Assembly (NCBI GenBank): GCA_051294375.1
Contig: CM119269.1
Coordinates: forward strand, 12,316,896 to 12,380,895
Origin: Paraspadella gotoi
Taxonomy: Eukaryota > Animalia > Chaetognatha
Direction of reading: 5' to 3'
DNA: 64,000 bases
Numbering within the stretch: position 1 is the first letter of the stretch; each line of letters opens with the position of its first letter. Positions 12,306 to 27,455 of this stretch are shown here, in pieces. A program made the position numbers and the translations under genes. The notes under the pieces were generated by a model, which saw only the letters and a list, made by a program, of their open reading frames with translations, had not been told where the DNA came from and ran no database searches.

Positions 12306-13105
12306 AGTTTCGGAGACACAACCAGTTTAACCAATTTAAACCAGTTTTAACTAATACGCTTCGAACAGTGAATACCTTCTATTTTGTTAACTGATGTCTG
12401 TTGGAAAAACTTTCTTCTTATCTAAAATGGTTATAAATTTATTTTTCTCATTCATAAATAAGTTTTTTTATTATTAAAATTTTTTAATTTTTAAAATGGA
12501 ATAATATTTGAAAAATTTCACATGAAAATCTCCGTGTGTAACCCGCCAATCAATATCTCTCCACGTAATTCCCAGTATGTAACTTAACCATCACTATCCC
12601 TCCGTTCACACAATTCAACATCCCTCCTCGCATTTCTCCGTATGTAACCCACCCATCCCTATCCCTCCATGCATTTCCCCGTATGTAACCCGCCGCTTGT
12701 CTTCCGTTGACAGGCGAGGCTTCGGCTTCTGGCGCCTCACATGTTAAATATCTTCTGTCAGAAGCGTTGGACGTCCTTCTGATTAACTTTAGTCCACTAC
12801 GGTTGTCGCGACGAAAAAGAAAGGTCGGGGTAACTTGGAACGTCACTACTGTTTTGGTTACTTTTAATATCGGTTTAAATATTAAAGGAATTATATTTAG
12901 TATATTAACCAGAGTTAGTGAAGTATTTAGCTAAGAAGAAACTTAAATTATAAAGACTAAAATTGTATATAAGTATGGTTTATTGTAAGACAGTCAGCAT
13001 CAGTTGAAGCTTGAAAGGCATTCAAACAGGAGTGGGGACCAAAAAATCGCACAGAAAGCGACGGGCCTCTNNNNNNNNNNNNNNNNNNNNNNNNNAGAGA
13101 GAGAG

Positions 13106-16100
13106 ATCCTTCAGATCCTAGAAAGCCAAAGATTTGAAGACATAACATATCGTTTGTAATCTTTTCCTCTTTAAATTTTTGACACAATCGAATAATACAT
13201 TCGATATAAACTTTAAAGAGGAAAGATTACTAGATATGTACTGTCTTCGAATACAAATGCATATCTTTTTCACTATACTCCATTTTAAACAATCGAAATC
13301 TTGTCACAATTGGTATCAAATGGCTGCCCGCGGCGCAAAGCATTAAACTCAACATCTAATATTATAAATTTTAATATATTCAAAAATATAAAGCTACGAT
13401 TCCATCCCAATGGCAAACGTCCAAATTCATCAACTCTCTCTCTCATCTCATCTACACCCTCTCTCTATCAAAACTTTCCGTGGGCGGACATCCTGGTTTT
13501 GTTTTCCTTTTTCCCGACCAAAGGGCTTCGAATCGCCCATCGGCTTAAGCTTTCGAATGTCAGATAGAGAAAAGAAAATCATCCTTCTTTATGGAAAAAA
13601 AGGAGGCGAAGGTCGCTGATGGTACAGGAGAGCGCGGTTATATCGCCGAAAACGTAAGATCGATCGGTATTTTTAGATATATTTATATGATAGATTGCAA
13701 ATCCGCGACTTTATAATCCACTTTATCGTTCCGTCGTTTTCCGCCCTCAATCTTGGTGCGGGCATTCACTTATATCATGTCAGAACATCAAATTAATGAT
13801 AAATTATGCAAATAGAAATTTTGTCCGTTCCGTCCGTCCGTCCGTCCGTCCGTCCAGTCAGTCCGGTTCAGTCCGTCAGTCCGTTAGTCCGTTCAATCCG
13901 TGATCAGTCGTCCGTCCGTAGCACCGTCCGTCCTTATCCCCCTTAGCAAAAAACTCTAAATATTCGTGATTGGATGGATGGACTGGAATGAAATTTTGTG
14001 TGTGTGTAGGGAAAGTGTGTGATTGAGCTGGATATGAAGTTTCGTTATGGAATCGTGCTAAGTTCAAGATGAATTAAATGGAAAAAAACCAAAAAAATTT
14101 ATCTTCATTATTTGAAAGCCATTACTCAGTGAGTGATTGGTGCAATTGACTTTAATTTTTAGTCGGATCTTTCTTAATCATGCAGAATCCCGACTCTATA
14201 ATTCACATTTTGTCGTACCACTCGTCGCGCCCTCATATTGTGTCGGGCACTAGCTATATCATGTCAGAAATCGAATTATGATAAATTATGCAAAAAAAAT
14301 GATGTCCGTCCGTACCGTATTCCGTCATCCAGTCCATCCGTCCCTCAGTCCGTCCATCAGTCCGTCCGTGCCGGTTCTCCATCCATCCCACCTTAGCAAA
14401 AAAACACCAATTACTCGTGATTGGATGGATGGATTTGAAATGAAATTTTGTTGTGTGGGTAGGGAAAGTGTGTGATTTGAGCTGGATAGAAGTTTGGATG
14501 GAATTCGTCGAGTGGAAATGAGTTTAAATGGAAAAAAAAATATAATAATTCACTATTTGAATACACCAATTGCTCATAGAGTGGATGGGGCCGATTTTGA
14601 CCTGGAATTTTTGTATGTGAGTAGGAAAGTGTGTGATTGAAACAGGAAACAAGTTTCGTTATGGAATGCGTTTGAGTGGAAAATTAAGTTTAAATGGAAA
14701 AAAAACAAAAAACCTGTTTCACTAATTGATTATGATTTTTTTTCATTTTAAATATTAAATGTATATGCAGGATGTATTAATAAATCAAATAATTAATCAG
14801 TTAATTAATTAAATTAGTCAATTAAGTTAATCATTAATTAATTAATGCAGTTAATTAATTCAAAACAAACATTTTGATCAAAATTAATTACATAATTGCA
14901 TATTAATTAAATAATAGAACTTGAAAATTAATTATTAAAATAATAATTATTAATTACCGAAAATGATCGAGGGCAGATCGACATTGTTTGGCTCAAACTT
15001 GTTTCCTTTCTGTTTCGTTGTGATTTTGATTTTAGAACAGTTTGAAAGAGAGAATATTAAACGACGAATTTTTATTTCATAGTGAAACGGACATAAGGCG
15101 AGTCCTGTGAGTCGAAACAATGTCCGTTTCACTATGAAAATAAAAATCGTTTGTTAAAATCTCTCTTCAAAACTTTGTTATTTTAACCCCATAATCGATT
15201 GAAAGATAAATTTGTGAAGCGGGAAGGAAAGTTTGTGAAGAAGCTAGATATAAAGTTTTGACGGAATTTGTGCCATGGAAATGAGTTTATATAGAAAAAA
15301 ATATAAGTCACATTTACTTTATTTTTAAGGACATCGATGATGATAAGCTGTATATAAATTTATAATTAATTATTAAATATTAAAATTAAATAATTAATTA
15401 ATTAATTATTAATTAATCGATTAATTAATTAATTAATCAATTTTCGAATCCGACATTGTTTGCTTCAAACTTGTTTTTTTATGTGGGTAGGAAAGTGTAT
15501 GATTAAAGCTGAAATTTAGTTTTGATGGAAATCGTTTGAGTGGAAATGAGTTTAAATTATAGTTTAAAGTAAATAATGCGTTTTTCAAATATTATTCGAT
15601 GATAAGTGGGTCAAAATAAATGGAAAACTCTATAAAATCATCATTATCATCATCGGTACCATAATTTTAATTAACAATAAAACATAAAAAATTTTTTATT
15701 TATTTTTTCAAGCTCGTACCCGAATCCGTTTTTTAAAAATTCTGATTTTTAAAAAAAATTCTGATTTATAGTAATACGGATAAGCTTTAAATGCTTTTAT
15801 GTTATTAACTATAAATAAAATCTAAAATTTTTTTAAATTTCGTTTATCCCCACAGGGAAGCTCAACGTTATTTATATTACAGAACTCTTAGTTTTTACTT
15901 TGTTCCGCCTTATTACTTACCGCTAATCGATCGTGGCAGATTGTTGTTTGCCTCAAAACTTGGTTCAAAAGAAACTGTACTTTCTCTGGGACAGGCCTTA
16001 ATGAGGCAACGGTGGGTTAAGGTACCAAATATAAAAAACAAAATAGATATTAACATCGAAATACTGGATATGAAAATTAAGGATATGAAAAATGAACTTG

Positions 16101-19100
16101 TATGAATTTCTATGAATTTCGTTTTCCTGTTTTTAACAAAAGGAGATAGGGCCACATAGGGAATTTACTCAGTAATCTCTATTTTTAGAAAATAATAAAA
16201 CCAACGACAATGCAAAAGCGCAAAAAGATAATCACTTAAGTATAAAAAATTAATTTTAAAGATTTCCTTGCTTTAAAATTAACTACGTAGTCTAATTGAT
16301 ATAATAAATTCAGGGCATTTAGTGATATCGTCAATTAAACTAATAAATGGAGTAATGTTTGGACTTATCTTCATTAATCTATAATTTACTAATGATACGT
16401 TGCTGAATTAAGCCAGTAGGGAATAAAAAAATAAATGTCTATCCCTTCCTCCCCTTTTTCTCCCTCTTCTCTCTCTCCCTCTCTATCTCTTTGCTCTCTC
16501 CTCTCTCTTCTCTCTCTCTCTCTCTCTCTCTGCTCTCTCTCAAGAAGCGTACCGAACTTCGTCTCTTCTCTCTCTCTGTCTCTCTCATCTTCTCTCCACA
16601 CTCAATTTCGGAAAACTGAAAGGTAATAAAAAGAAATTAACTTCTCCCTCTTTCTTGTGGATAGATTCGTCTTTTCCTTAAATCGTCGGAGGATAAATGC
16701 ATCATTTTATTTGTTGGTTTCGAAAAGAGAAAAAAATGGAGGAGTCGTTTTCTGAAAAATGTTATACCTGAGGAGAAAATGTCCTCATACAATAATTATA
16801 AATAGATATGTGAGAATGATCAAGTACAGTGAGAACTTTTTTATCTAGTTATATCAACTGATCATTTTTTTGAAATAAAATAAGAATTAGTTTAATACTC
16901 AGCAGTGTGTCAAAAAAAATTAATTGTAACTAACATTCCACATATTTCTATAACTCTAAATTTTAAAATACTAGAATTGTACACTATTTGTTGACTGTTG
17001 AAATGCCCAAAGGAAAAGATCAATGAAAAATTAACACTCAAAATGTTTTAAAATAAAAAAACTCTCCGAAAATTATAAAAAAAATACAAATGGATAAAAA
17101 TTACAAAACACAGACATTACATTGAACTCCTTGTTTCCACCCTCCTCGATTCCGGGTGAACTTCGCGACCCCTCTCACTCTTTCTCTCTCGCTTCCATTC
17201 TCTCATCACCCTTTTGCCCCTTTCCCGATTGCTTAATTCGGGTCGAGATGTCTGCTCTCTTCACTCTCTATCTCTCTCTGGTGTTGTCTCTTGTTCCCAT
17301 TATTCTCTCTATCTCCGCCTCCTCGTCTCTCTTAAATATTTCTATCTCCTCTCTCTCCTCTCTCTCTTCCTTCTTCTCTTCTCTCTCTCTCTCTCTCTCT
17401 GCGTCTCCTCTCCGCCTCCTCGCCGTCTTCCTCTCTCTCTCTCTCTCTCTTTTTTTGTATCTCAATCTGTCCCTTGGGCAAGAACGCAGTCATCTCCTCG
17501 CGTCCCCCCCCCCGCCACCCCACCTCTCTTCTTTTGGTCGACAAAAGTTTTCCGATTGAAAAAAAAGCTGCTTCATTTCCTCTCTCTATCCTCTCTCTCT
17601 CTTGCCTTCGTCGCTAAACGCAAACCCATATTCCGCTTGACATCGGCGCATCCACAATTCAGCGTTAGAACTCACTGCAAAACGAGTAAGTTTCATCTTC
17701 AGACTCGTTAAAACTTGTCTTTTTCGTCCGATCATATTCCCGCTTGGACTTAAAGGAATTCACGGATCTGATCGGAGAGGACTTTTTCACGACCTCACTG
17801 AGCTCTTTCCCGCTCTCAAACCAAACAGATCTTTACATATTTTTTCCCTTCCTTCCTTTTTTTTCTGGGGGGCAGAAGTCGTCGTTCTCCCGTCCCACCC
17901 CAAGACTCCAGGGGGGTACATCACACCCGCCCCCGCCGCCGCGCGAATCCACAGGGGGGAATCGCCACGAGTCGGAGCGAGGCTCAAAAATTGAAACGAG
18001 ATCCGCCTGAGCATTTCAAATCATCTCCGTCCTCTCTCTGTCTCTCCTTCCTAACTCTTTCTCTCTCTCTCTCTCTCTCTCTCTGATCTCTCTTCGTCTC
18101 TCTCTCTCATCTCTTCTCCTTCTCTCCTCCGCTCATCGCTCTTTCCCCCTCTCTCTCCTCGGAGATTGAAATCCCCGAAAAAAAAAGACAAAGATAATTT
18201 GGGTGTGCCCTTTTTTTTTTTCGGCGGAGAATTCCCTCCAGGGGGAGCTGTGGCGGGCGCTGAGGGTTTGTAGGGGGAACGCCAATTGCAAAGGAAGGGA
18301 GTATAGGCAAAGAATAGGTCAGAGGACAGTTGTGAAAATAAAATGTATATAATAGAGTTTTAAATCCGAAATCAATGCGGAGGGAAGAATATAATGCTTT
18401 GGTTTGAGAGAACAGTAAGAATTTAATGTGTTCCTTCTCTGTCGGCGCTCAGGTAAACCAGTTTTTGTATCAAAGCGACAATTTCAAACAAAACCCTCGG
18501 AGTGACACCTTGACAAGTGCAAGAAGCTGGAATGTTTAATATTGCAACTGTCATAAAATTTTTCGCCAAAAAGATAGAAAAAGTTTTAAAATAAAATTCT
18601 TCTCGCGAATCAACGAAATTTATCATTTTCAAAAGAGGCCAGTAATTAAAATTAATAAAATATTGCCACAATTTGGAAATTATCGATTCATTCCAATAAC
18701 AAGCTTGAGGCTAAGTTTCTTTTAAGGCCTGCATCCCTTTTACAACTAATAAGACATAACACTCCCATATCCTGGCGATATGATAGTTGGTTTCCTTGGA
18801 TAAAGGACGCACACATTTTTATACAAATTGGACAATGTAATCAAAAAATTAGTTAACGATTAAATTTTCAATATACTATATAAATGTAAAAGAAACCAAG
18901 AATAAGGAATCTCTAATCTTGATCTATCGATGTTCGTCGACAATATTCATCCTCGGAAAATAGAAAATCGAAGGACGTGGTAGGGGGTGAGGTTAGGGGG
19001 GAGACGTTGGGGAGACGGGGCAGGGCGGGAAGGGGGTTGTGGGGGTAGTGGGGGGATAGGGGTAGTTGGGAGGATGGGCGTAAGAAGGTTTTGCGCTGAA

Positions 19101-19205
19101 AGGGATAACAAGTTGTGCTTAATTAGAAATATTTGAGGAGAGAAAATGAATTTTTTGTTTCTTCCTTTAATGGTTCGGCTAAATCAAAAAGAGAGGAGAG
19201 AGAGA

Positions 19206-19242
<37 letters not shown>

Positions 19243-20662
19243 GAAGGAAGGAGGAGGACCGCATATTCGCGCGCCTAACGGTCTTGTTGGCGAGTCCATC
19301 GCGTGCGTACGTTCCTCCGTTTCGTCCATCCTATCCGTCCATCCGTATCAGTCCATATTCCTTCCCTATAAGCATCGAAACCTTTAACTTTTTCTTACCT
19401 CAATTGTCCAGATAACGTATAACGGGACGGTCGGTCGGTCTGTCCTTCTGTCCATTCGTCTTCAATCGTTGTCCCGTCCGTCCGTCCTCCGTCCGTCCGC
19501 ACGAGGATTCAACAGAGAGAGGAGCAAAATGATGGTTAATGTCAGAACTTGTTGTTGTTTCTTGGTTCTTGTTCTTGTTTTTGTTGTTTGTTGTTGTTGT
19601 TGTAGTTTAGTCATTGACTTGCTTTGGTTTGGGTGGGGAAGTTTTCGCCTGTAAGACGAGGCGTGAGCTCTCTGTCTCATTGGTGCCGTGAAGGTGCAAT
19701 AATGGCGATGAACCAAATATGCAAAAAGGCGGAATGGAAACCAAATATGGAAAGGTTCATAATAAGAGACAAGAAAAATATGAAACAATGGAAGGGAATA
19801 TAAATTTCAAAGATAAAAATGGTGATAAAAACGATGAAATTATTCAATGAAAAAGAAGGTAAAGGTGAGTAAAATTAAAAAAGTGGCATTGAAATTAAAA
19901 CGTAGATTTATAGTTAAATATATATACTTGATAAGAAATGTGGAAAATCAAGCCCTAATAATAAAAATGTGAGAGTTAGGAAAAATTAGAAACAAGCTAT
20001 GATAAAAATGTGAATCAAGCATGAAATAACAAGCCTTATAAAGTTAAATAACATATAAATGTAGAAATCAAGCCCATGATAAAAATGTTGAAAATCAAGC
20101 CATGATAAAGAGATAATAGAATAAAGCGAAATCAAGCCAATGGAATAAATTAAAATAAGCCTATGAAATGTAGAAGCTATGAATGTAATCACCTAATGAT
20201 AAATGTGGAAATCAGCCTTGATAAAGTGAGCAAAGCCTATGATAAAAATGTATGAAATGGCTTATGATAAAGAATCAAGCCTGATAAAATGGATAAATAA
20301 CTATGTATAATGTGAATCAGCTAGAATAAAGAATCAAGCATGTATGGAAATCAGCTAAAAAATGTAGCAAGCTATGAAAATATAAAATCAAGTGAATAAG
20401 TGAATCGCCTAGATAAAAGGACAGGCTGAATAATGGAAGAAGATGAATTTGATCAAATGAAACTATTGTCATAGCTAAACGAAGGGAGAACTGACGCACG
20501 ATTGATTAAGTCAGTCTCGAAAGTACCAAAGCACTTTCATGACCACCCAGATGGCAAAAAATAAAGATGAAGTGAAAAAAGCGTCGTTAATATATCGCTA
20601 CTTTTTAATCGGAAAGATGAAAAAGAATTTTTAAAGCTTCGCATGATTGATATATGATGATG

Positions 20663-20705
<43 letters not shown>

Positions 20706-21871
20706 ATGAATGAATGATGATGATCGAATGAGAAAAAGACTTTAACCCTCGGATCCTTAATGTTTTTTCTATTCACATCCGGAATCACTTTTTATTCTTT
20801 CTATCTATCTATCTTTCTATCTTCTTTTGTCTTTTTTTAAATTTTATTGTTCGAGGTTCTCTAACTTTTTCTAACTTTCCGGTACTTATCTAAAACATTA
20901 AATTAAACACATTAACAAAAATCTCAATTTCTAAAAAAATTAAAATTAAGAGACATAGATTTTAAAAACCACCAGAGGCAATTATTTTTTTCTTCCGGTC
21001 TGAGTCTGGAAATGAAATGTTTCTTATATTTGTCATCTCTGCTTTCCATTTTCAATTTGTTTCAATTTGCAAAAAAAATAAAATAATCAACTGTTTTCCA
21101 AAAAACAATAAGGAATCAGATAAAAGATACGAATATACAGTAAAAGGGGGAAAATTTAGTAAAGCGAAGGCTGTTTGAATTTGAATAGTTATGGTGGACT
21201 AAAATCCACCAACCGTTGGTGCCGGAGGCAAGTCATTCGCCTCCCAACCAAAAGGTCCGGGGTTTTAGCCCGGTGGTCGCCTGGCAGTTAGAGGGACGGG
21301 GTGCTTTAACCCGCCTGTAAACTCGGTGTTTACATCCTGATCCGAAGCTCAGGGACTGCTTACATGAACGGTTCTGTCACTAAACATAAACAATTATCAC
21401 TGTCTCTTCAATAGCCATCCTATTATCATTCTTACGTTTTGATAAATTAAAGTATTGGCATCCACTATCCTTTTCTATCACGCCAACTTTGTGATTACTG
21501 CTCGGTCAAATGTTCTCCGTTCACCAGATGTCTCTCTTTTCTCACACAGAATGTCACTCTTTTTTTTTACAATGAGCATCTGCTTCTAGTTTTTTTTTTT
21601 TCACTTCCGCTTTAACATCTGTTATAACTTTTCCATCGGTTTCCTATGACTTTCTTTCCCGCTTATTCCCATAGCCTATATTTTTTGCATCATATGCATC
21701 AGGTTCTATTTTATAGTTCTTTACAGCGAAGTTAATTTCATGTTAACAAACCAGGATTATCAAGCTCAGCGTCTGACACCTCTTTTCCTCTCTTGTTTCG
21801 CAATTTTTCAAGGTTGGTTTCATTTGCAGATCAAACCGCACAATTCAGGCATCTTCTCCTAGGGGCGCTCT

Positions 21872-21919
<48 letters not shown>

Positions 21920-22058
21920 TCTCTCTCTTTCTTGCTCTCTCTTTTTCTTCAGGACTTAAGGGATTCATTTGAATAATTTCGTCATCATCGTCGTCGGGGA
22001 AATAGGAGGCACAAAGATGGAGAGCGAGTGGGTGTGCGAAATAGAAATAGAAAGAGAA

Positions 22059-22115
<57 letters not shown>

Positions 22116-22426
22116 GAGAGAGAGAGAGAAGAGGGAGGGGAGAGAGAAGAGCCCATCATAGTATGTTTCATCATCTTTTATCGTTGCATTATTTCATAAT
22201 TTCTTCATCCTTCTTTTCTCATGAGCTTCTTCTCCTCCTCTCTCTCTCTCGTCTCTCTCTCTCTCTCATATCTCTCTCTCTCTCCTCTCATCTCTCTCCT
22301 TATATGTATTCAACTCAAAACGCGTCTCAAATTTTTCACAGAAGAAAAAACTGGATGATTACTCGTCTGCTTTTTTCCTCTGATGCCAATAAAGTGTTCT
22401 CTCTCCTCTCCTCTCTCCTTCTCTCT

Positions 22427-22466
<40 letters not shown>

Positions 22467-23195
22467 TCTCTCTCCCAGTTCGGAAGACACAACCAGTTTT
22501 AACCAATTTTAAACCAGTTTTAACTAATAAGCTTCGGAACAGTGAATACCTTCTTATTTGTAACTGATGTCTGTTGGAAAAACTTTCTTCTTATCTATGT
22601 TAAAAATTATCAAGTTTTTTATTATTTAAGGAATAATATTTGAAAAAATTCACATGAAAATATCCGTGTGTAACCCGCCAATCAATATCTCATCCACGTA
22701 ATCCCAGTATGTAACTTAACCATCACATCCCTCCGTTCACCAATTCAACACCCTCCTCGCATTTCTCCGTATGTAACCCACCATCCTATCCTCCATGCAA
22801 TTTCCCGTATGTAACCCGCCGCTTGTCTTCGTTGACAGGCGAGGCTTCGGCTTCTGGCGCCTCACGATGTTAAATATCTTTCTGTCGAAGCGTGGACCGT
22901 CCTTGTCTGATTACTTTAGTCCCACTACGGTTGGTCGCGCGAAGAAAGGAAAAGGTCGGGTAAACTTGAACGTCACTAGGCTGTTTTGGTTTACTTTAAT
23001 ATCGGTTTAAATATTAAAGAATTATATTTAGTATATTAACAAGTTAGTGAATATTAGCTAAGAAGAAACTTAAATTATAAAGACTAAAATTGTATATAAG
23101 TATGGTTATTGTAAGACAGTCAGCATCAAGTTGAAGCTTGAAAGGCATTCAAAACAGGAGTGGGGACCAAAAAAATCGCACAGAAAAGCGACGGG

Positions 23196-23200
<5 letters not shown>
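13106..23200 (+). other. Noisy direct duplicate of 3866-13070; probable assembly artefact
   Basis: Collinear with 3866-13070 throughout, differing mostly by single-base indels in homopolymers; starts right after a 25-N gap (13071-13095) and both copies end at gaaagcgacgggcctct. Confidence 0.9.
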
Positions 23201-23269
<69 letters not shown>

Positions 23270-26200
23270 ACCACTTTTTGGGCCCGCGTATGCTTCCATC
23301 ATAACTCACTATTTCAGCCGCCTCTCTTCTTCGGTTCCTCCTCCCCCCCCCTCCCCCTTCCCAGCTCCCACTTTCGCATTTCTATATCAACATTGACTCC
23401 TCTCCTGAACCGTGCACCCACCTCGCGTTTATTTCTATTTATTTCTTGGCAAAGGCGGTACGTTGGTTGGGACGTGGCCGGACCCGTCCCGAGAACGAGG
23501 TCGTTTGTATGATGGTAATGTGGTTTGAACCAGATAGGATTGATAAGCGTTCGCCCTTGAAATAAAGGAAAAGGGATTTTAAACAATGCTAACTTGTCAC
23601 ATGTCATAAGAAATGATCGCTTTTTTATTTGTAGTAAAACAATTAAACCACCATCAGTTACAAGGCCTGACAGAAAAAAAAACAAAACAACAACAACGAC
23701 AACAACAACAACAAATGTTTTTCTTCCAAATCGCTTATTTCGGACGAACCGACTTCCTTTTTCCCTTTTTCTTTCTTTTCCTTTTTCCCCTTTTTCTTTC
23801 TTTTCCCTTTTATTTACTTATACTTTATTTTTATTTTCCTTTTTCCCTTTTTCTTTCTTTTTCCTTTTGAATTACTTTTCCTTTCTTTTTCTTTTCCTTT
23901 TTCCATTTCTTTTTCTTCTTCCTTTTTATTTACTTTTCCTTTCTTTTTTTTTCTTTTTCCCTTTTCTTTTTTTTCCCTTTTTATTTACTTTACTTTCCTT
24001 TTCCTTTTTTTCTTTTCCTTTTTTTTCTTTCTTTTCCCTTTTTATTTACTTTCCCTTTCTTTTTCTTTTCCTTTTTCCTTTCTTTTTCCTTTTTATATAC
24101 TTTTCCTTTCTTTTTCCTTTCCTTTTTACATTTTTCTTTCTTTTCCTTTTTCCCCTTTTCTTTCTTTTCCCTTTTATTTACTTTTTCTGTATTTTTCTTT
24201 TCTTTTTTCCTTTCAATTTTTGTATGCTTTTTACGCTTTTTATTCGTTCCATCAATTTCATCGTCCTCATGTTTGTCATTCCTTTTTTTTTATTTTAAAA
24301 TCTTTATTGACAAAGAATAGTCATTATTTCAATGCATTTTTTTAGTTTATCATTGATCAATGTCCTTTTTTTTGACGGATGCATGAGCGACACTTCTCCA
24401 ACTTACCTACAATACAGGGATTCGGTTACAGATTCTGCTCAGCGATTTGGCTTTAGGATGAGAGATAAGACTTTTGAGATGAGGCGCTCTGGGAAAATGA
24501 TATCAAACTTTTTTAATCGTAGTTTAAAAAAATGCAATGAGATAATGCTACGACTTCAAGTACCAAAATTAAAAATAGTTAAAAATACAATGGCAAAGAG
24601 ATAATGCTATTACCTAAGCGAAAAGACGTTTGTCAAAGGTTTTTCTCAAAAACTCTCTTCTACCAAATCTCCCTCGGCGACTTTTTAATCAAACTTTTAC
24701 GAACTAACTAACTGTCCTCTATATGACAAATGCATCAAAAATTCCAACTCTCAAAAAAAAAATTTATCTTCCCTCAATCTCTGACAAAAATCTAAATTCA
24801 TTTCTTTCTCATTTAAAAATCGAAAAGCACAAATTTCTCCTTTTCGAGGTGAAGTCAAAAAAATTTATTCCACTTTGAAAAATCCACTCAATTTTTTCAA
24901 TTTTTTTTTTTCAGTTATGGACTAAAAAGAAAAAAGTCGACATTTGATCTTTTTTGTCTTCTTCAGTTTTCCTCTGTCTTCTCTTCTTCCTCCTCCTCAT
25001 CCTCCTCTTTTTACTCTTCTTCTTCCTCTTCTTCCCCTTCCTCCTCTTCTTAGTCTTTTTCCTCCTCCTCTTCTTCCTCCTCTACCTCCTCATATTCTTC
25101 TTCCTCTTCCTCATCCTCTTCCTCTTTTTCCTCTTCTTCCTCTTTTCTCTCCTCCTCCTCTTCTTCCTCTTTTTTCTCCTCGTCCTACTCCGAATTTCTC
25201 CAGCTCACTCTACTTCCATTGCGGCGTCATTGCGCGAAGCGATCAATCATATTTGGAGGCGTCGTTGTCGTCGTTGTCGTCGTCATCGTCGTCGTCGCCG
25301 TCGTTTGTCGCCGTCGTTTGTCGCCGCCCTTGTCTGCATTTTGTTATCTTCTTCTTTGTTGTTGTTTATATTTCTTTCGTTTTTATTTTGACTATAGTTA
25401 CATTAAAAAAATATTCGCTTTATCAAAGTTTAGAATTTCCTGACACAAAAATTAGCGGTTCTATGGCGACTTAATTAAAGCAACGTAATTTAAATAAATC
25501 ATGTCTGGCGGTGAAGTGTACAGGTGGTAGTCTTAAATACTTAACTACTTTAATTAAAGCAACAATAAAAAATGTTTAAATTTTTTTTTTAATCTGTAAT
25601 TATTCTTCGTCTTGGTGAAGTAATTCAATGAAAGGGAAGCATCAACAATGATTCTCCATGGGTCTCCGAATTACAATCTCTCTCTCTCTCTCTCTCTCTC
25701 CGGTCTCTCCGTCCTCTCGCGCCTCCCGTCTCTTCTACCTTCGTTTCTTCTCCGTGCTTCTCGTTGTTTCGCATTTCTCTCTCTTCTTCTCTCTCGCTCG
25801 TCTCTCTGCTCTCGTTTCTCTTCTCATCTCTCTCGTCTCTGTCTATCTCTCTGCTCTCTCTGTCTCTCTTCATCTCTCTCTCTTCTTCTCTTCTCTCTCT
25901 CTCGTCCTCTCTCTCGTCCTCGCTCGGTCTAGTTCTCTTCTCCCATAAAAAGTTTTTCAAGTTTAAGGATAGAGTGATGAAGAGAGAAAGCAAAAGAGAA
26001 ACAAGAAATGAAAAAGAAAGAGAACAGGATATCAAGTTTATGATAATAATTCCACATATTTTTCTTTTTTTAAAAAAAAACATCTTCTTTTTCCTCCGCC
26101 ATTGTTTTTGTTTTTGTTTACTTTTCCATCTTCCTGTTTACTGACGCCCTCCGCCTTCTCGATTAGTTCTGTTGTTTTTTTCACTCACGAAGAAGTAAAC

Positions 26201-26270
26201 AGCATTAATCAGGAAAAAGGGGAAAAAAGTGGATGACCGTTCGAGCTTAAGAGTCAGCGGAAGCCATTGC

Positions 26271-26473
26271 TTAGCTCTTTGTCATTGGTGTCGTCTTTGT
26301 CATTGGTGTCGTCTTTGTCAGTGGTGTCGTCTTCTTCATGGTTTCCACATAGCCTAACATGACGATCGATTCCACGATTCCTGGACCTTTGACTCTAAAT
26401 CCCTTTTGGCGAATGTTGCAGTTGAACCGCGACGACTTTGATAGCTCAACGTCTTTCTCCTCCAACTCGAAAT
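26271..26473 (-). CDS. Candidate terminal exon, unknown product
   Basis: tttcag acceptor then xFELEEKDVELSKSSRFNCNIRQKGFRVKGPGIVESIVMLGYVETMKKTTPLTKTTPMTKTTPMTKS*; non-repetitive except an 18 bp triplet; no upstream exon or domain recognised. Confidence 0.25.
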
Positions 26474-26949
26474 CTGAAATCTCGATTCACGATCTTCCGA
26501 ATGAAAAATTTGCTTCGTGGGTTTCGAAAACGGAGAAAAACGTTAACATTTGTGGGACTAGATTTGGGAAGATTTGGAGAGATTTCTGGTGAAGATTTGG
26601 GGAGATTTGTGGTAAAGATATGTAGCGAAGACATGCAGAGATCAAGTGAAAATATTTTGGGCGAAGATTTGTGGCGTTTTGTGGAGGAAATTTGGGCGAA
26701 GATTTGGGAAAATGATTTAGGGACGGAGATTTGGAGCTCAGATTTGGAACGAAGATTTGGAGCAAAAATTCCGCGGTTGATTCCCTCAAGTAAACATAAT
26801 CGCAATTATCTTCGAAGCGTCGAGAGAATAAAGACTCAAGAATTAAGACTTGTGAGTTAAAACTCAAGACTGAAGTTAAGACTTAAGAATTAACAAGTGT
26901 TTTGATGTAATCGGCTTCTTCTGCATTTCCATCTCAGCTGTCGACGATG

Positions 26950-27110
26950 GAACAGAGTCAGAGACTGATGTTTAGAAGAGAGACAATCTCCTTGAAATGT
27001 CGTTGCAACGATTTGTCGGTGCCATCGTAAAATGGTAATCAATCAGAGTCGAAGCTGATGGAATAGTTGCATACTTTGCCCTTCACTTTGCCTTCAGTCT
27101 TCTGCTTTGA
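26950..27110 (-). pseudogene. Possible BED zinc-finger remnant of a DNA transposase
   Basis: KVKGKVCNYSISFDSD*LPFYDGTDKSLQRHFKE resembles BED C-x2-C...G-T-x2-L-x-RH with the first Cys lost; several in-frame TGA. Confidence 0.25.
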
Positions 27111-27419
27111 TTTTCAGCAATTTTCAGTTATTTAATTAATCTACTTACGCTGTTTTTTTATTTTTTTTTTAGATATTTTTTGGGTCGTTCTTTGACTGCA
27201 TTTATTTCTTGTAGTATTTAAATCGAGAAAAAGATGTCAACAATATATCCATTGTGTCAAAATTGCCGTCGAAAAATTGTCTCTAGATTCCGGATGACAT
27301 TCCATTTGCATTTCATTTACATTTTACACAAATTCTCAATCTTAAAAGAGACAAACTATTAAGCGTCAAATGTCTTCTCCTTCGCGACTTCTTTCCCCTC
27401 GTCTCTTCGTCTCTTAATG

Positions 27420-27455
<36 letters not shown>

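Noticed and set aside
12714-12825. Possible exon after ttgacag (GEASASGASHVKYLLSEALDVLL...)
   Set aside because: No recognisable domain, weak donor, no partner exons
13106-23200. Genuine segmental duplication or hypermutated paralogue
   Set aside because: Indel-dominated error spectrum and adjacency to a fixed-length gap point to uncorrected long-read sequence
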